From positions 1 through 24,643 of the IMG/VR virus record IMGVR_UViG_3300035135_001680: 24,643 nt of DNA; one strand, given 5' to 3'. The notes beneath the pieces were generated by a model, which saw only the letters and a program-made list of their open reading frames with translations, did no database searches and had not been told where the DNA came from. The position numbers and the translations under genes were made by a program. How positions within the stretch are numbered: position 1 is the first letter of the stretch; every line of letters starts with the position of its first letter. This stretch comes from a virus. Taxonomy: Duplodnaviria > Caudoviricetes. Positions 15,996 to 24,642 of this stretch are shown here, piece after piece.

Positions 15996-16668
15996 CTTTC
16001 ATTAATTTGATATTTAAAAGTTTACGCGCAACTCTTACTCTTTCAGCGTGTCCGGTAAAACGCACATGCTGTGAGATGATCCTTTGTTGCTCTAAAGTTA
16101 ATTGTTTATGCTCAGGATGAATAGCCTTTTGTGCCAGGTCCTCAGCTTGTGATTGCTGTATGATGTCTCCCCAATTCTTTGCAGAAATAGAGTGAGATAA
16201 ATTAATCTCATCATCTAATTTTGGCTCATCATTAGCCACCTCCTCACGCGTGTTAATAGTTGTATTATTAGTTGTTAATAGTTGTATAGGTTGTAAGGGT
16301 GCAGATTTTTCGCACTTTGACGCAGATTTTTCGCGGGGGGGTGCAGATTTTTCGCACCTAAACGCAAGATCTGCAGGGGGGTGCAGTATTTTCGCAGTAA
16401 GCATTTTAATCGTTGGCAACACCTTATCTTGATGATTCATCCAACCTCTTGTGAGCAGATTACCGTCAAGCTTTTTGAGTGTTGTTTGCACTGATCTTTT
16501 TGAGATACCTGAAAGTGTTGATAGCTCACCAACGGTTGCCGGACCGGACCAAGTTTGCCAATCCACTTTGAGCAGTATGGCGAGCAACACCAATTTATTA
16601 GCAGCACTGATGTCAGTGCGTTGCATGATGGCACGCCTCAACATCATCTCATTGATTTCTGTTTTCAT
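15970..16668 (-). CDS. Replication initiator (lambda O-like, N-terminal wHTH)
   Basis: HTH 'TVGELSTLSGISKRSVQTTLKKL', internal repeated peptide (C/R)EKSA from iterons, upstream of the DnaC-like gene. AGGAGG 7 nt before the ATG at 16668. Confidence 0.8.
   Translation of the reverse strand: MKTEINEMMLRRAIMQRTDISAANKLVLLAILLKVDWQTWSGPATVGELSTLSGISKRSVQTTLKKLDGNLLTRGWMNHQDKVLPTIKMLTAKILHPPADLAFRCEKSAPPREKSASKCEKSAPLQPIQLLTTNNTTINTREEVANDEPKLDDEINLSHSISAKNWGDIIQQSQAEDLAQKAIHPEHKQLTLEQQRIISQHVRFTGHAERVRVARKLLNIKLMKGGYYEPII
16251..16396. repeat. Phage replication origin: iterons plus AT-rich segment
   Basis: GCAGATTTTTCGC at 16301, 16322 and 16343 (21-bp period), degenerate copies at about 16364 and 16383. 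Adjacent AT-rich 16251-16295 contains TGTTAATAGTTGTA twice. Confidence 0.8.
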
Positions 16669-16842
16669 ATTCATACCTCCTGGCATTTATCTAATATATA
16701 CATAAGACGCAATGCAAGAGTGATATTAATATTTTTTATATTGGCTGTTACTTTTTTTTAACTCAGTTTAATTTTTATTTGACAGAGTTTAAATCTATGT
16801 GTATTTGTCTTATATGTTCAACACACAGCCAGGAGATATGCA
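16669..16842. promoter_or_regulatory. Divergent promoter region
   Basis: AT-rich gap between divergent operons. TTGACA at 16779-16784 on the plus strand with a weak -10. GCCAGGAG RBS on both sides. Confidence 0.55.
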
Positions 16843-17283
16843 ATGGCACGCAAGCTTAAAGAAAGCACAATTAAATCTTACTCACTCGCTCAACTTGTTA
16901 ATCATGCCGAGCTTTACCAAGACAAACATGATGTGAGTCTTTTTCGTTTCTCAAATGTCAGCTCAAGTCATGTGATGGTATTTCAATATGATGCCGCAGA
17001 AAACTCATATTTCTTTCATGGTCAATATGACAAGTCAGAGTTTGTTGATGATGTTTTATCTGCAATCTATCGCTCTGCAAATAATCTGAACAGAAAAACA
17101 CTTGAGGAATTACAAGATTATTGCATTCAAAAAGCAAATGACAAAGGCTTGATTATTGAAACTGGCTCATACATTGCACCAACCGTGATCACTCTTAACA
17201 ACAAAAAAGAGACCGAGTTTGTATATGTATTGAACTCAAAAGCAAACTGCATCAAGTTTATCAATCAACAATTGAAGGGTTAA
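16843..17283 (+). CDS. Hypothetical protein
   Basis: 146 aa, AGGAG RBS, first gene of the plus-strand operon. Confidence 0.7.
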   Translation: MARKLKESTIKSYSLAQLVNHAELYQDKHDVSLFRFSNVSSSHVMVFQYDAAENSYFFHGQYDKSEFVDDVLSAIYRSANNLNRKTLEELQDYCIQKANDKGLIIETGSYIAPTVITLNNKKETEFVYVLNSKANCIKFINQQLKG

Positions 17284-17285
17284 TA

Positions 17286-17486
17286 ATGCAAGCAATCAAA
17301 GAACGAATACAAGATGAGTTAAACCGCGATGACCACACCGCATACTTTGTCATCACTGATGCGTGGTCATTTCCTGATAACTGTTATGAGTTGACTTGTT
17401 TTTGCCAACGCACTCAAAAAACATACATGGTGCAAGCTCAATTCTCAGACAACACTTTAATCATTCACTCAGTAGAGGAGGCATAA
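17286..17486 (+). CDS. Hypothetical protein
   Basis: 66 aa, tightly packed between neighbours. Confidence 0.65.
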   Translation: MQAIKERIQDELNRDDHTAYFVITDAWSFPDNCYELTCFCQRTQKTYMVQAQFSDNTLIIHSVEEA

Positions 17487-17695
17487 TGAAAGAATCAAAA
17501 CGTAAGGCATTAAAAGGTACTATTAAACTTAAAACTCTAGCATTGCTCACTGAGATCTCAATGTCTCATTTATCAAGTGTCATTAATAACAAGGGTCAAT
17601 GCTCTAAACGTCTCGCAAAAGATCTGGCTTATCATGCCAACTCACTCAGCGGTCAAACTGATTTCTATACTTGGCAAGACTTTTACAACGCTTAA
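17486..17695 (+). CDS. Cro-like HTH protein
   Basis: GAGGAGG RBS and TAATG overlap give a start at 17486. 'LKTLALLTEISMSHLSSVINNKGQCSKRLAKDL' is XRE/Cro-type HTH. Confidence 0.7.
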   Translation: MKESKRKALKGTIKLKTLALLTEISMSHLSSVINNKGQCSKRLAKDLAYHANSLSGQTDFYTWQDFYNA

Positions 17696-17710
17696 TCAAA
17701 TACAGGAAAT

Positions 17711-18028
17711 ATGAATATGCACCCGGATCAACAAATAGAAAAAGATTTTGTAGCAACAATGGCAACAATATTTGCAATCATGCTCATTGTGGCTCTAACT
17801 TATACATTCAAAGGCTCAACATTCTCTGATGCCGATGCTTGTGCCAATCGTGTACGCTCTGCAATAAGCCCATATCAAGTCAAGCAATTGATTGGCTCTG
17901 AGCAGTTGCCGCCAAACTATGCAGAGGTCAAATCTTGGTGCCAGGTTGAATTGACCGGCTATGAGCTAAAGATTGACCTTGCTAAAACCTTCCCTGAGTT
18001 CCCTCGCACACCTGATATGTTATACTAA
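17711..18028 (+). CDS. Membrane-anchored hypothetical protein
   Basis: N-terminal TM 'FVATMATIFAIMLIVALTYTF' and two Cys in the soluble part. Confidence 0.6.
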   Translation: MNMHPDQQIEKDFVATMATIFAIMLIVALTYTFKGSTFSDADACANRVRSAISPYQVKQLIGSEQLPPNYAEVKSWCQVELTGYELKIDLAKTFPEFPRTPDMLY

Positions 18029-18041
18029 AAAAGGATCAAAC

Positions 18042-19130
18042 ATGAATATCAATACAACAATTTGGGTACCTTACTCACGCAATGAAGCAATTGAAATTGC
18101 AAATATCTTGACCAATGGTGATAGCCGTGCAGCTTATGAGCTTGTACTTTGTCACGCCGCATTTGGTCACAACTTCAACTTTGATATGGGTTTGGTGTAT
18201 ATCAATTGTATTTGCATCAAAGGCAAGCCAACAATGCGTGCTGATGCTCTTGCTGGTGTTTGCTACAACTCAGGCTTAGTTGATTTCATCCATGTTACAG
18301 AATACACAGAAAAGCACTGCACAATCGAGTGCAAGCGTGTTGATTCTGATAAAGTGCATCAATACACTTTTGATTGGAAAATGGCTCAACAAATGAACTT
18401 GACTAAAAATAGTAGTTGGCAACGTATGCCCAAGCAAATGCTCAAAGCACGTTGCACCGCAATGGCAACGCGTGCTGTATTTCCTGATGCTGTCTCTGGC
18501 ATATACACTGCTGATGAGATGGCAGATTCTCTTGATCTAACTGATAAAGAAAGATTTGAGATCACTGCACAATCTCTTGGTGAGGATGATCTCAAGCACT
18601 CATCACGAGCACCTCAGCCAATGCCGGCACCTCAGCCAACCAAGCCACCGCAACAACCTCAGCCAACCGCAAAAAAAAACTCTCATAGATCACTCTATGA
18701 TTTCAGCTCAGAGGCAGCATTTTGGCAACTCATAGATGAACACAACATTGATCCGGCTGAGGTCAGAGGTGCATTAGATAGATACATGCATGATGTTTCT
18801 ATGATGGACGCTCAAGAGTTAGAGACTGTTTTTTATGAGATCATCAAAAGTGCAATCATTCGCAAGTACCCTGGTTCTCTTGATAATTGGTGGACTAGAG
18901 ACAGTGAAAAAGTTGATAGTGTGCATCAGGCATTATGCAACGAATACCCTGCACTCAGATTGCTTGATCCAAAACACTATGGACCACGTTTAAAGCATGC
19001 CGCATTTCATGAAACACTAGAGCACGTTTGCATCTTGAAAAAAGATGAGCACCGCTCAAGAGGATTAGAGGTATTAGAGCAAATGAAGCCTGATGACTGG
19101 TCAGCCTATGATTACTTGGTCAGCCTCTAA
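18042..19130 (+). CDS. RecT/Redbeta-like ssDNA annealing protein with C-terminal extension
   Basis: 'IKGKPTMRAD' and 'WQRMPKQMLKARC...RAVFPDAVSGIYTADEM' are RecT-superfamily motifs, followed by a Pro/Gln linker. AAGGA RBS before the ATG at 18042. Confidence 0.8.
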   Translation: MNINTTIWVPYSRNEAIEIANILTNGDSRAAYELVLCHAAFGHNFNFDMGLVYINCICIKGKPTMRADALAGVCYNSGLVDFIHVTEYTEKHCTIECKRVDSDKVHQYTFDWKMAQQMNLTKNSSWQRMPKQMLKARCTAMATRAVFPDAVSGIYTADEMADSLDLTDKERFEITAQSLGEDDLKHSSRAPQPMPAPQPTKPPQQPQPTAKKNSHRSLYDFSSEAAFWQLIDEHNIDPAEVRGALDRYMHDVSMMDAQELETVFYEIIKSAIIRKYPGSLDNWWTRDSEKVDSVHQALCNEYPALRLLDPKHYGPRLKHAAFHETLEHVCILKKDEHRSRGLEVLEQMKPDDWSAYDYLVSL

Positions 19131-19154
19131 AAATGTATGGTGTTTTGCAATCAC

Positions 19155-19400
19155 CTAAGACTGCACCTTCTGCCCAATAATAGTCTCTAGTTTCGTGATT
19201 GCATTGAGTAAGTTTCCCAATTTATCATCAATAGACTCAAGCCGGTCATCAATCTTGCTTGCTCTAGTTTCTAATGATTTCACTTGTTGCTTGAGCTTGC
19301 CCATTTCCTCAGCATGTGCGGCTTTATCAGCAGATATTTTGTAGAATAGACCAAGCACTGCCAAAACAGTACCAACATCAAACATGCTCATATTCATCAT
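19155..19400 (-). CDS. Small TM + coiled-coil protein (holin/XhlA-like)
   Basis: N-terminal hydrophobic 'VGTVLAVLGLFY' followed by a heptad coiled coil. Confidence 0.55.
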   Translation of the reverse strand: MMNMSMFDVGTVLAVLGLFYKISADKAAHAEEMGKLKQQVKSLETRASKIDDRLESIDDKLGNLLNAITKLETIIGQKVQS

Positions 19401-19852
19401 TATTTGCTCGTTACATATAAAGTGAGACTAGAGGCAGCAAGCAAGCTCACTGCACCGATTGTGTACATTAGTATTTTATTGCTTTTATAGGCATTGTGCA
19501 ATTCTAACTCAATTGATTTTAATCTAGTCTCATAACTCTTGATGATGAGTTGGTCATCTGCCTCACGGTTTAAATAGATATCTTGCTCACGTTGCAAGCC
19601 TTGCTCACATTGCTTGATGGCTTGATCAATTGCAAAAACGCACAGATCTGGTGAACCCTCTAGAGCTGACTTTAATCTGATGAAATTATATATCGTCATC
19701 ACTTGATAATCAGTATCAGCAATAAAACCTGGTTTAATTTTAAATGTCTCAATTGGGCTGATACCAGGACCAAGATAGATCTCATTTGCAGGTATGTCAG
19801 CCGGTAGCAATGGAGTTGCAACACTCAATAGTAGTGATAAAAAGTAATGCAT
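19400..19852 (-). CDS. Exported protein with C-terminal TM (possible lysis accessory)
   Basis: Signal-like 'MHYFLSLLLSVATPLLPA', coiled coil, C-terminal 'ILMYTIGAVSLLAASSLTLYV'. Confidence 0.5.
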   Translation of the reverse strand: MHYFLSLLLSVATPLLPADIPANEIYLGPGISPIETFKIKPGFIADTDYQVMTIYNFIRLKSALEGSPDLCVFAIDQAIKQCEQGLQREQDIYLNREADDQLIIKSYETRLKSIELELHNAYKSNKILMYTIGAVSLLAASSLTLYVTSK

Positions 19853-19854
19853 GA

Positions 19855-20151
19855 TCAATCCTGACAAACTATTTCTTTATAGTCTTTTAAAGCTTTTTGC
19901 ACTCGCTCATCACATATCTTTGCTGTATCAGTAAATGCAGTTTTACCAACTCCCTTTGCTTTGCACTTGGTCAGATCTGCATTTAACTCACTGCTCTTTT
20001 GCTTGAGTTGATCGTTCTCAACAATGTACGGTGAGCACACTTTGTCAACTGGTTGATGCCCTAACATGTAACCAATAGTTAAGCAAATGATAATACCGCC
20101 AATTGCTATTGTATAAGCCATATCTTGTTTAAACATAATACGCTCTATCAT
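19855..20151 (-). CDS. N-terminal TM + coiled-coil protein (i-spanin-like)
   Basis: TM 'YTIAIGGIIICLTIGYML' and a helical, Cys-containing soluble region. Confidence 0.5.
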   Translation of the reverse strand: MIERIMFKQDMAYTIAIGGIIICLTIGYMLGHQPVDKVCSPYIVENDQLKQKSSELNADLTKCKAKGVGKTAFTDTAKICDERVQKALKDYKEIVCQD

Positions 20152-20161
20152 AATAAATCCT

Positions 20162-20683
20162 TTAAAACGAAATTACAGAATACCACGGCGAGCCATACAT
20201 ATTCGCTGGTCTACCAATTGACGCAGTATATGTAAACTCATTTACAATTAGATTAGCTGCTAGAGTACCAGTAGATACTACACTAACTATTCTCGCTTCG
20301 ACGGTAGTTGATACACTGGGAGTAACAAGACATCTAGCAACAGAGCCTCTTTTATCATAGGTGTTGTTTGAGTAGTTACACGCTAGTCTACTTTGCACAC
20401 CTAGCCACTGTGAGTTTGTTACATCGTACCATTGGCAAACAAGAAAATGTGAGCCTGTGCTAGTTCCATAAGAAGCAAAAGGTCCCTCCATGTACGGTGC
20501 AGCTGTTAATATATGAGTGTATCCACTGCTTAACACTAACTGACCACTGCCATTTACTGTTAAGCCTGTGTGAGTTATTGAACTACACGGCATTCTGACA
20601 TTGGCAGTAGCGGACGCAGCAGCCTCAAGTACTCCTTGACTTTGTTGTGAACTCTCAGGAGTGTTTATTAAAAAGAATGTCAT
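20162..20683 (-). CDS. Beta-rich putative tail/receptor-binding accessory protein
   Basis: Ser/Thr/Gly-rich, ATGA-coupled start at 20683, downstream of the tail fibre. Confidence 0.55.
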   Translation of the reverse strand: MTFFLINTPESSQQSQGVLEAAASATANVRMPCSSITHTGLTVNGSGQLVLSSGYTHILTAAPYMEGPFASYGTSTGSHFLVCQWYDVTNSQWLGVQSRLACNYSNNTYDKRGSVARCLVTPSVSTTVEARIVSVVSTGTLAANLIVNEFTYTASIGRPANMYGSPWYSVISF

Positions 20684-21081
20684 GATAACTCTCCAAAGCA
20701 AACCACATAAGTGTCAGATAAAATTCTATCCTTATCATAATTATAATAATGCAGATAAATAGTTTCGTCTGAATAAAAACCACCCCCTAAAGATGTACCG
20801 CAAGGTTTAGAGCCTAAGTTTTCAGGAATATCAGAGCCAAAGCCCCCTGATGATGTCGGTGACGTGCTCATGATTGGACTTGTTCCATATGTGCTGTCAG
20901 TTCTACTATCAGAATAAGCCACGCCTGTTATTTTTGGTGATGTGCTATATTCTCGTTCTGTTGTATGAAATGCGTTTAATAAAATGCTGCCATTGTTCAC
21001 TGTGGTAGTAGATGACGGTACAGTAATTGTACTCGTTCTAATACCAACTAAGAAATTACCTTTGCTGATTTGATACGTCAT
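20680..21081 (-). CDS. Ser/Thr-rich putative tail accessory protein
   Basis: 133 aa, ATGA-coupled to both neighbours. Confidence 0.5.
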   Translation of the reverse strand: MTYQISKGNFLVGIRTSTITVPSSTTTVNNGSILLNAFHTTEREYSTSPKITGVAYSDSRTDSTYGTSPIMSTSPTSSGGFGSDIPENLGSKPCGTSLGGGFYSDETIYLHYYNYDKDRILSDTYVVCFGELS

Positions 21082-21527
21082 ATTTTAAACCCATATATTA
21101 AGCAATCTGTGCAATCTGAGAATGTTTCAGATGAGTTGGTCATTGAGATAATCCTCAATTCAATAGTAGTAGACCCTGTGCTTTTTAAGGGAATTGCCGT
21201 AGTATCTAGATTAGTTTGATTAGTGCTGGCACTACCATGACTTAAAGAAGCATTTCTTCTGCTAGAAATCGTTGGAAATGTGGTGTTCTGTGTTGAATCT
21301 ATATAAATGTTAGCACTCCATGTCTTAGCGTCAACAGACTCACAACGAAAATGTATAAGCCACTCGCCTTTAGGCAGTGTCATAACTCCACTAGATACGG
21401 TGACACCGTGCCCACTAGTGCCATTTAATATAGCATAAGGGACCGTATCACCTACTGATAATGAAGTCTGGCTTGCTTGTAAATGTACAGCGTAAAGCGT
21501 GCGTCTCTCTTTTAGATTATAGCTCAT
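21078..21527 (-). CDS. C1q/BclA-like beta-sandwich tail accessory protein
   Basis: 'GDTVPY...GVTVSSGVMTLPKGEWLIHF...TIELRI' resembles the C1q-like jelly-roll pattern. Confidence 0.5.
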   Translation of the reverse strand: MSYNLKERRTLYAVHLQASQTSLSVGDTVPYAILNGTSGHGVTVSSGVMTLPKGEWLIHFRCESVDAKTWSANIYIDSTQNTTFPTISSRRNASLSHGSASTNQTNLDTTAIPLKSTGSTTIELRIISMTNSSETFSDCTDCLIYGFKI

Positions 21528-21530
21528 ACA

Positions 21531-23786
21531 TCACACAATAAACCAACGGTTGTTATCAGCATCCGCCACCAGGGTAATACTTGCATATTGATCAGACAAA
21601 GCAAAAGTTGTTGAGCTTCCATCATCTATAGTGTCCGAGCCTGCACAAGTAATGGTGAAAGTAACCGCACTAAGTGACTTAATATCATACTGATAACCCT
21701 CACCTACAGTTGATGCTGTTGGCAATGTAATTGCTCTATCCGCTGAGGACGTGAAAGCAAAGATTTCTCTAATGCCTGAAGTAGTGCTAATCGTATAATC
21801 AGTAGTGAGGCTTGCCGGAGTTGTCACAGTTGGTGCAGAACCACTGACAGAGCCAAGAGCAGTATCAATGCCGCTTAGATGACCATCAACATTTGCATTA
21901 GTTGCGGTATAGTTTGTAGCTGTATGGTCTGCCGCAATATCATCACCACTCACTACAACTGCACCGGTTAAAGTGTTTACTGATGTCACCGGTGCACTTG
22001 GCAAGCCGGTCAACTGTGAGCCATCAACTGCCGGCAATCCGGCAACACTGCCGCCGATATCCTCAAGCAAGACAACATCACCAATTGCAGTACCTGTATT
22101 TTTGGTTGATGCAGTGCCGAGTGTGCCAAACTTTGTATCAATGCCGCTCAAATGACCATCAACATTTGCATTAGCGGCGGTATAGTTGCTTGCTGTATGG
22201 TCTGCCGCAATATCATCACCGCTCACTACAACTGCACCGGTTAAAGTATTTACACTTGTAACAGGATATGTGAGATCATCATTAAACGAGCTTAAAGCAA
22301 TTGATGATAGTGCGGTGCTCACTGCTTGGTTGCTGGCATTACCAAGAAATATTTTGTCTTGATTAAGATTAGGAGTAGCATTGCTTCTACCGGCACCGCC
22401 AACTTTTATTATACCAGCACTTGCATCAGCTCTGAGCACTCTGCCGATATTTTGAATGAGATTAGCCTCACCGGTTGGTGCTGTACTTGTCAATGCACCG
22501 GCTGTTGTCTCACTCACATATACAGTATCACCAAGACTCAATGAGTAAGTTGTTGTATTGTAATCAGTTAAGTTGCCAAATGTAACTATCTGCACCTCTG
22601 CCAGGTCATTTGCATTTGCTAGAGCAAGACCAAAAGCCGGCATAGTCAATGCACTATTAGCTTGAGCAAGTTTCACCTCAGGCACCGTGCCTGATATGCC
22701 TGAGATATAAACCGCCTGACCTTTGTTGATTGTAGAGCCTTGATTGTTCTTTGCTTTGAAACGTATTGCACCATTAATATCAGTGTGAGCAGTTATGAAT
22801 CTAGTTGCCTCTGCACCGATAGTGCGTGTTGCATCAGTATCGGCAAGTATATCACCTGAGGTTGTGATTGTACCAACATTGATTGCGTTGGTTGTTGTAG
22901 CACCGTTGGTTGTGACATCATCCAAAGTTGGACTTGCAACCGTACCAAGAGCAGTATCAATGCCGCTCAAATGACCGTCAACATTTGCATTAGTTGCGGT
23001 ATAGTTTGTGGCGGTATGGTCTGCCGCAATATCATCACCACTCACTACAACTGCACCGGTTAAAGTGTTTACACTTGTAACAGGTGCACTTGGCAAGCCG
23101 GTCAACTGCGAACCATCAATTGCCGGTAATCCGGCAACACTGCCGCCGATATCCTCAAGCAAGACAACATCACCAATTGCAGTACCTGTATTTTTGGTTG
23201 ATGCAGTGCCGAGTGTACCAAACTTTGTATCAATGCCTGATAGATGACCATCAATATTTGCATTAGCGGCGGTGTAGTTTGTTGCGGTATGGTCTGCCGC
23301 TAAATCATTAGCACTCAACACAACTGCACCGGTTTGTGTGTTCACGCTTGTTACAGAGTCGGTGTTGTCAATCTTATCAATCTTACTGTTGGTGATTGTG
23401 CCACCCATATCCTCATTAATCAGTAAGTGGTCACCAACTGCCCAGGTCTGACCGTAGATTGTACCGGCGGTATCAATCACATAAAAGTCACCTTTTTCTG
23501 CATTGCTGATATCCGGAGTACCGGCATTTGCATTGAATGAGCCTTTGTATTCTAGACCTCCGGTGAAATCTAAAGTAGTGAATGAAAGAGTACCAAGTGC
23601 ATCAGTTGTCAATACTTGTCCTGAGGCAGTGCCATCAGTTGCCGGCAAACTGTACTCAGTGCCAACAGTCACACCGCCAACAGTAATACTGTTGGTTGTT
23701 GTTGCACCTCTGCCGGTGACATCATCAAGTGTATCAGTACCAGCACCACCGCTGCCAACTTTGAATGTATCAAATTTAATCGCCAT
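21531..23786 (-). CDS. Tail fibre / long virion fibre protein with internal repeats
   Basis: 751 aa, Thr/Gly/Ala-rich, four 'VTSVNTxTGAVV' repeats, 'GLPAxDGSQLTGL' twice, C-terminal 'ITLP...DTIDDG...LSDQYASITLV...WFIV'. AGGAG RBS. Confidence 0.85.
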   Translation of the reverse strand: MAIKFDTFKVGSGGAGTDTLDDVTGRGATTTNSITVGGVTVGTEYSLPATDGTASGQVLTTDALGTLSFTTLDFTGGLEYKGSFNANAGTPDISNAEKGDFYVIDTAGTIYGQTWAVGDHLLINEDMGGTITNSKIDKIDNTDSVTSVNTQTGAVVLSANDLAADHTATNYTAANANIDGHLSGIDTKFGTLGTASTKNTGTAIGDVVLLEDIGGSVAGLPAIDGSQLTGLPSAPVTSVNTLTGAVVVSGDDIAADHTATNYTATNANVDGHLSGIDTALGTVASPTLDDVTTNGATTTNAINVGTITTSGDILADTDATRTIGAEATRFITAHTDINGAIRFKAKNNQGSTINKGQAVYISGISGTVPEVKLAQANSALTMPAFGLALANANDLAEVQIVTFGNLTDYNTTTYSLSLGDTVYVSETTAGALTSTAPTGEANLIQNIGRVLRADASAGIIKVGGAGRSNATPNLNQDKIFLGNASNQAVSTALSSIALSSFNDDLTYPVTSVNTLTGAVVVSGDDIAADHTASNYTAANANVDGHLSGIDTKFGTLGTASTKNTGTAIGDVVLLEDIGGSVAGLPAVDGSQLTGLPSAPVTSVNTLTGAVVVSGDDIAADHTATNYTATNANVDGHLSGIDTALGSVSGSAPTVTTPASLTTDYTISTTSGIREIFAFTSSADRAITLPTASTVGEGYQYDIKSLSAVTFTITCAGSDTIDDGSSTTFALSDQYASITLVADADNNRWFIV
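21852..23354 (-). repeat. About 411-bp in-frame direct duplication in the fibre gene
   Basis: 22944-23354 and 21852-22262 are highly similar, offset exactly 1092 nt. Each copy contains two related subrepeats 273 nt apart. Confidence 0.9.
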
Positions 23787-23797
23787 CTCAACAACTC

Positions 23798-24184
23798 CTA
23801 TTGATTAAAGCCGGCATAGATAATAAATTTATCTGATGCACCGCCTTTTTTATATGCAATAGATGTGACGGTTGAGCCTTCAACAATCGCTTGCACGTCT
23901 GCTTGATATGTACCGAGTACAGGTATAACACCATCTGTATTTGCAGTGCCATCACCGGCACCGGCGGCGGCTCGCAACTTGATAAAAGACTCAGTTGCCG
24001 TTGCTGATGTTACAACACCGACAAAGGCAAATCTTAAACCACTTGCAAGTTGACTACCGGTAACAGTGTTGTAAAAGTCATCTGAGCTGAGTGAGTGCCA
24101 ATCTGTATCTGATACAGATGATGCAGAGTATGCGGCAATCTGAGAGCCGGCAAATATTGGATTAGTGACGTTATTTCGTGCCAT
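23798..24184 (-). CDS. Putative virion structural protein
   Basis: 128 aa, Ala/Gly/Ser-rich, GAGGAG RBS, directly upstream of the fibre gene. Confidence 0.55.
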   Translation of the reverse strand: MARNNVTNPIFAGSQIAAYSASSVSDTDWHSLSSDDFYNTVTGSQLASGLRFAFVGVVTSATATESFIKLRAAAGAGDGTANTDGVIPVLGTYQADVQAIVEGSTVTSIAYKKGGASDKFIIYAGFNQ

Positions 24185-24398
24185 CTGTTGTCTCCTCTTT
24201 ATTTTTGCTTGTTGGTGCTTGTTGACGTTTTACCATTACATTAGCACCGGCATATATGAAAAAAAGTGTATCAATTAAACCGAGTACCTCAGCATGTGCT
24301 TTATCTAGCAGTGCTAATGTAAAACAACATGCAAGAGCTGCATAAAATGCCAGGGCTTTTCTACCTCCGGCTTTATCTGTCATACTCGGCTCACTCAT
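24171..24398 (-). CDS. Putative holin
   Basis: 'GGRK' followed by two hydrophobic helices and 'YAGANV', charged C-terminus, adjacent to the endolysin. Confidence 0.6.
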   Translation of the reverse strand: MSEPSMTDKAGGRKALAFYAALACCFTLALLDKAHAEVLGLIDTLFFIYAGANVMVKRQQAPTSKNKEETTDGTK

Positions 24399-24642
24399 CA
24401 AAATCACTCGCTAGCAATCTATAAACATGTGCTATTTCATCAAGTGACCGTTGGCGCTTAATGACTCCCTCACCTTTTTCTGCATTGCCGAGTGTACCAA
24501 CGGCATTACCCTCAATTGTTGAGATATAGCCAAGATGCACAGTCTCTGCACTTTCACAAATAGTGATGTGATCACCTTGCACACTATGCTTGCCGGCATA
24601 CACAACAACAATATCACCGCGTTGTAGCTTACTTGTTGGTAT
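24391..24642 (-). CDS. Partial (5' end outside window) CHAP-domain endolysin
   Basis: The frame is open to the window edge: 'LQRGDIVVVY...GDHITIC...ISTIEGN' matches the GD / H / TIEGN motifs of the CHAP C-terminal half. Confidence 0.75.
   Translation of the reverse strand: MPTSKLQRGDIVVVYAGKHSVQGDHITICESAETVHLGYISTIEGNAVGTLGNAEKGEGVIKRQRSLDEIAHVYRLLASDFDE

Noticed and set aside
16301-16396. Regularly spaced repeats as a mini-CRISPR array
   Set aside because: The repeats are 13 bp with 8-bp spacers inside an initiator gene, which fits iterons.
18606-18668. ACCTCAGCCAA repeated three times
   Set aside because: It is explained by the Pro-Gln-Pro linker coding in the RecT-like gene.
19131-19154. 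Bidirectional terminator between the convergent operons
   Set aside because: Only a weak GGTG/CACC pairing is present, with no convincing stem or U-tract.
21852-23354. Fibre repeats as a diversity-generating retroelement TR/VR pair
   Set aside because: No reverse transcriptase is in the window, both copies are coding, and differences are mostly synonymous rather than adenine-specific.
919-23808. Many short plus-strand and alternate-frame ORFs in the track (e.g. 919..1137, 2786..3082, 5348..5626, 10781..11098, 23503..23808)
   Set aside because: They lie antisense to or inside well-supported genes, with no recognisable motifs or RBS, so they are shadow ORFs.
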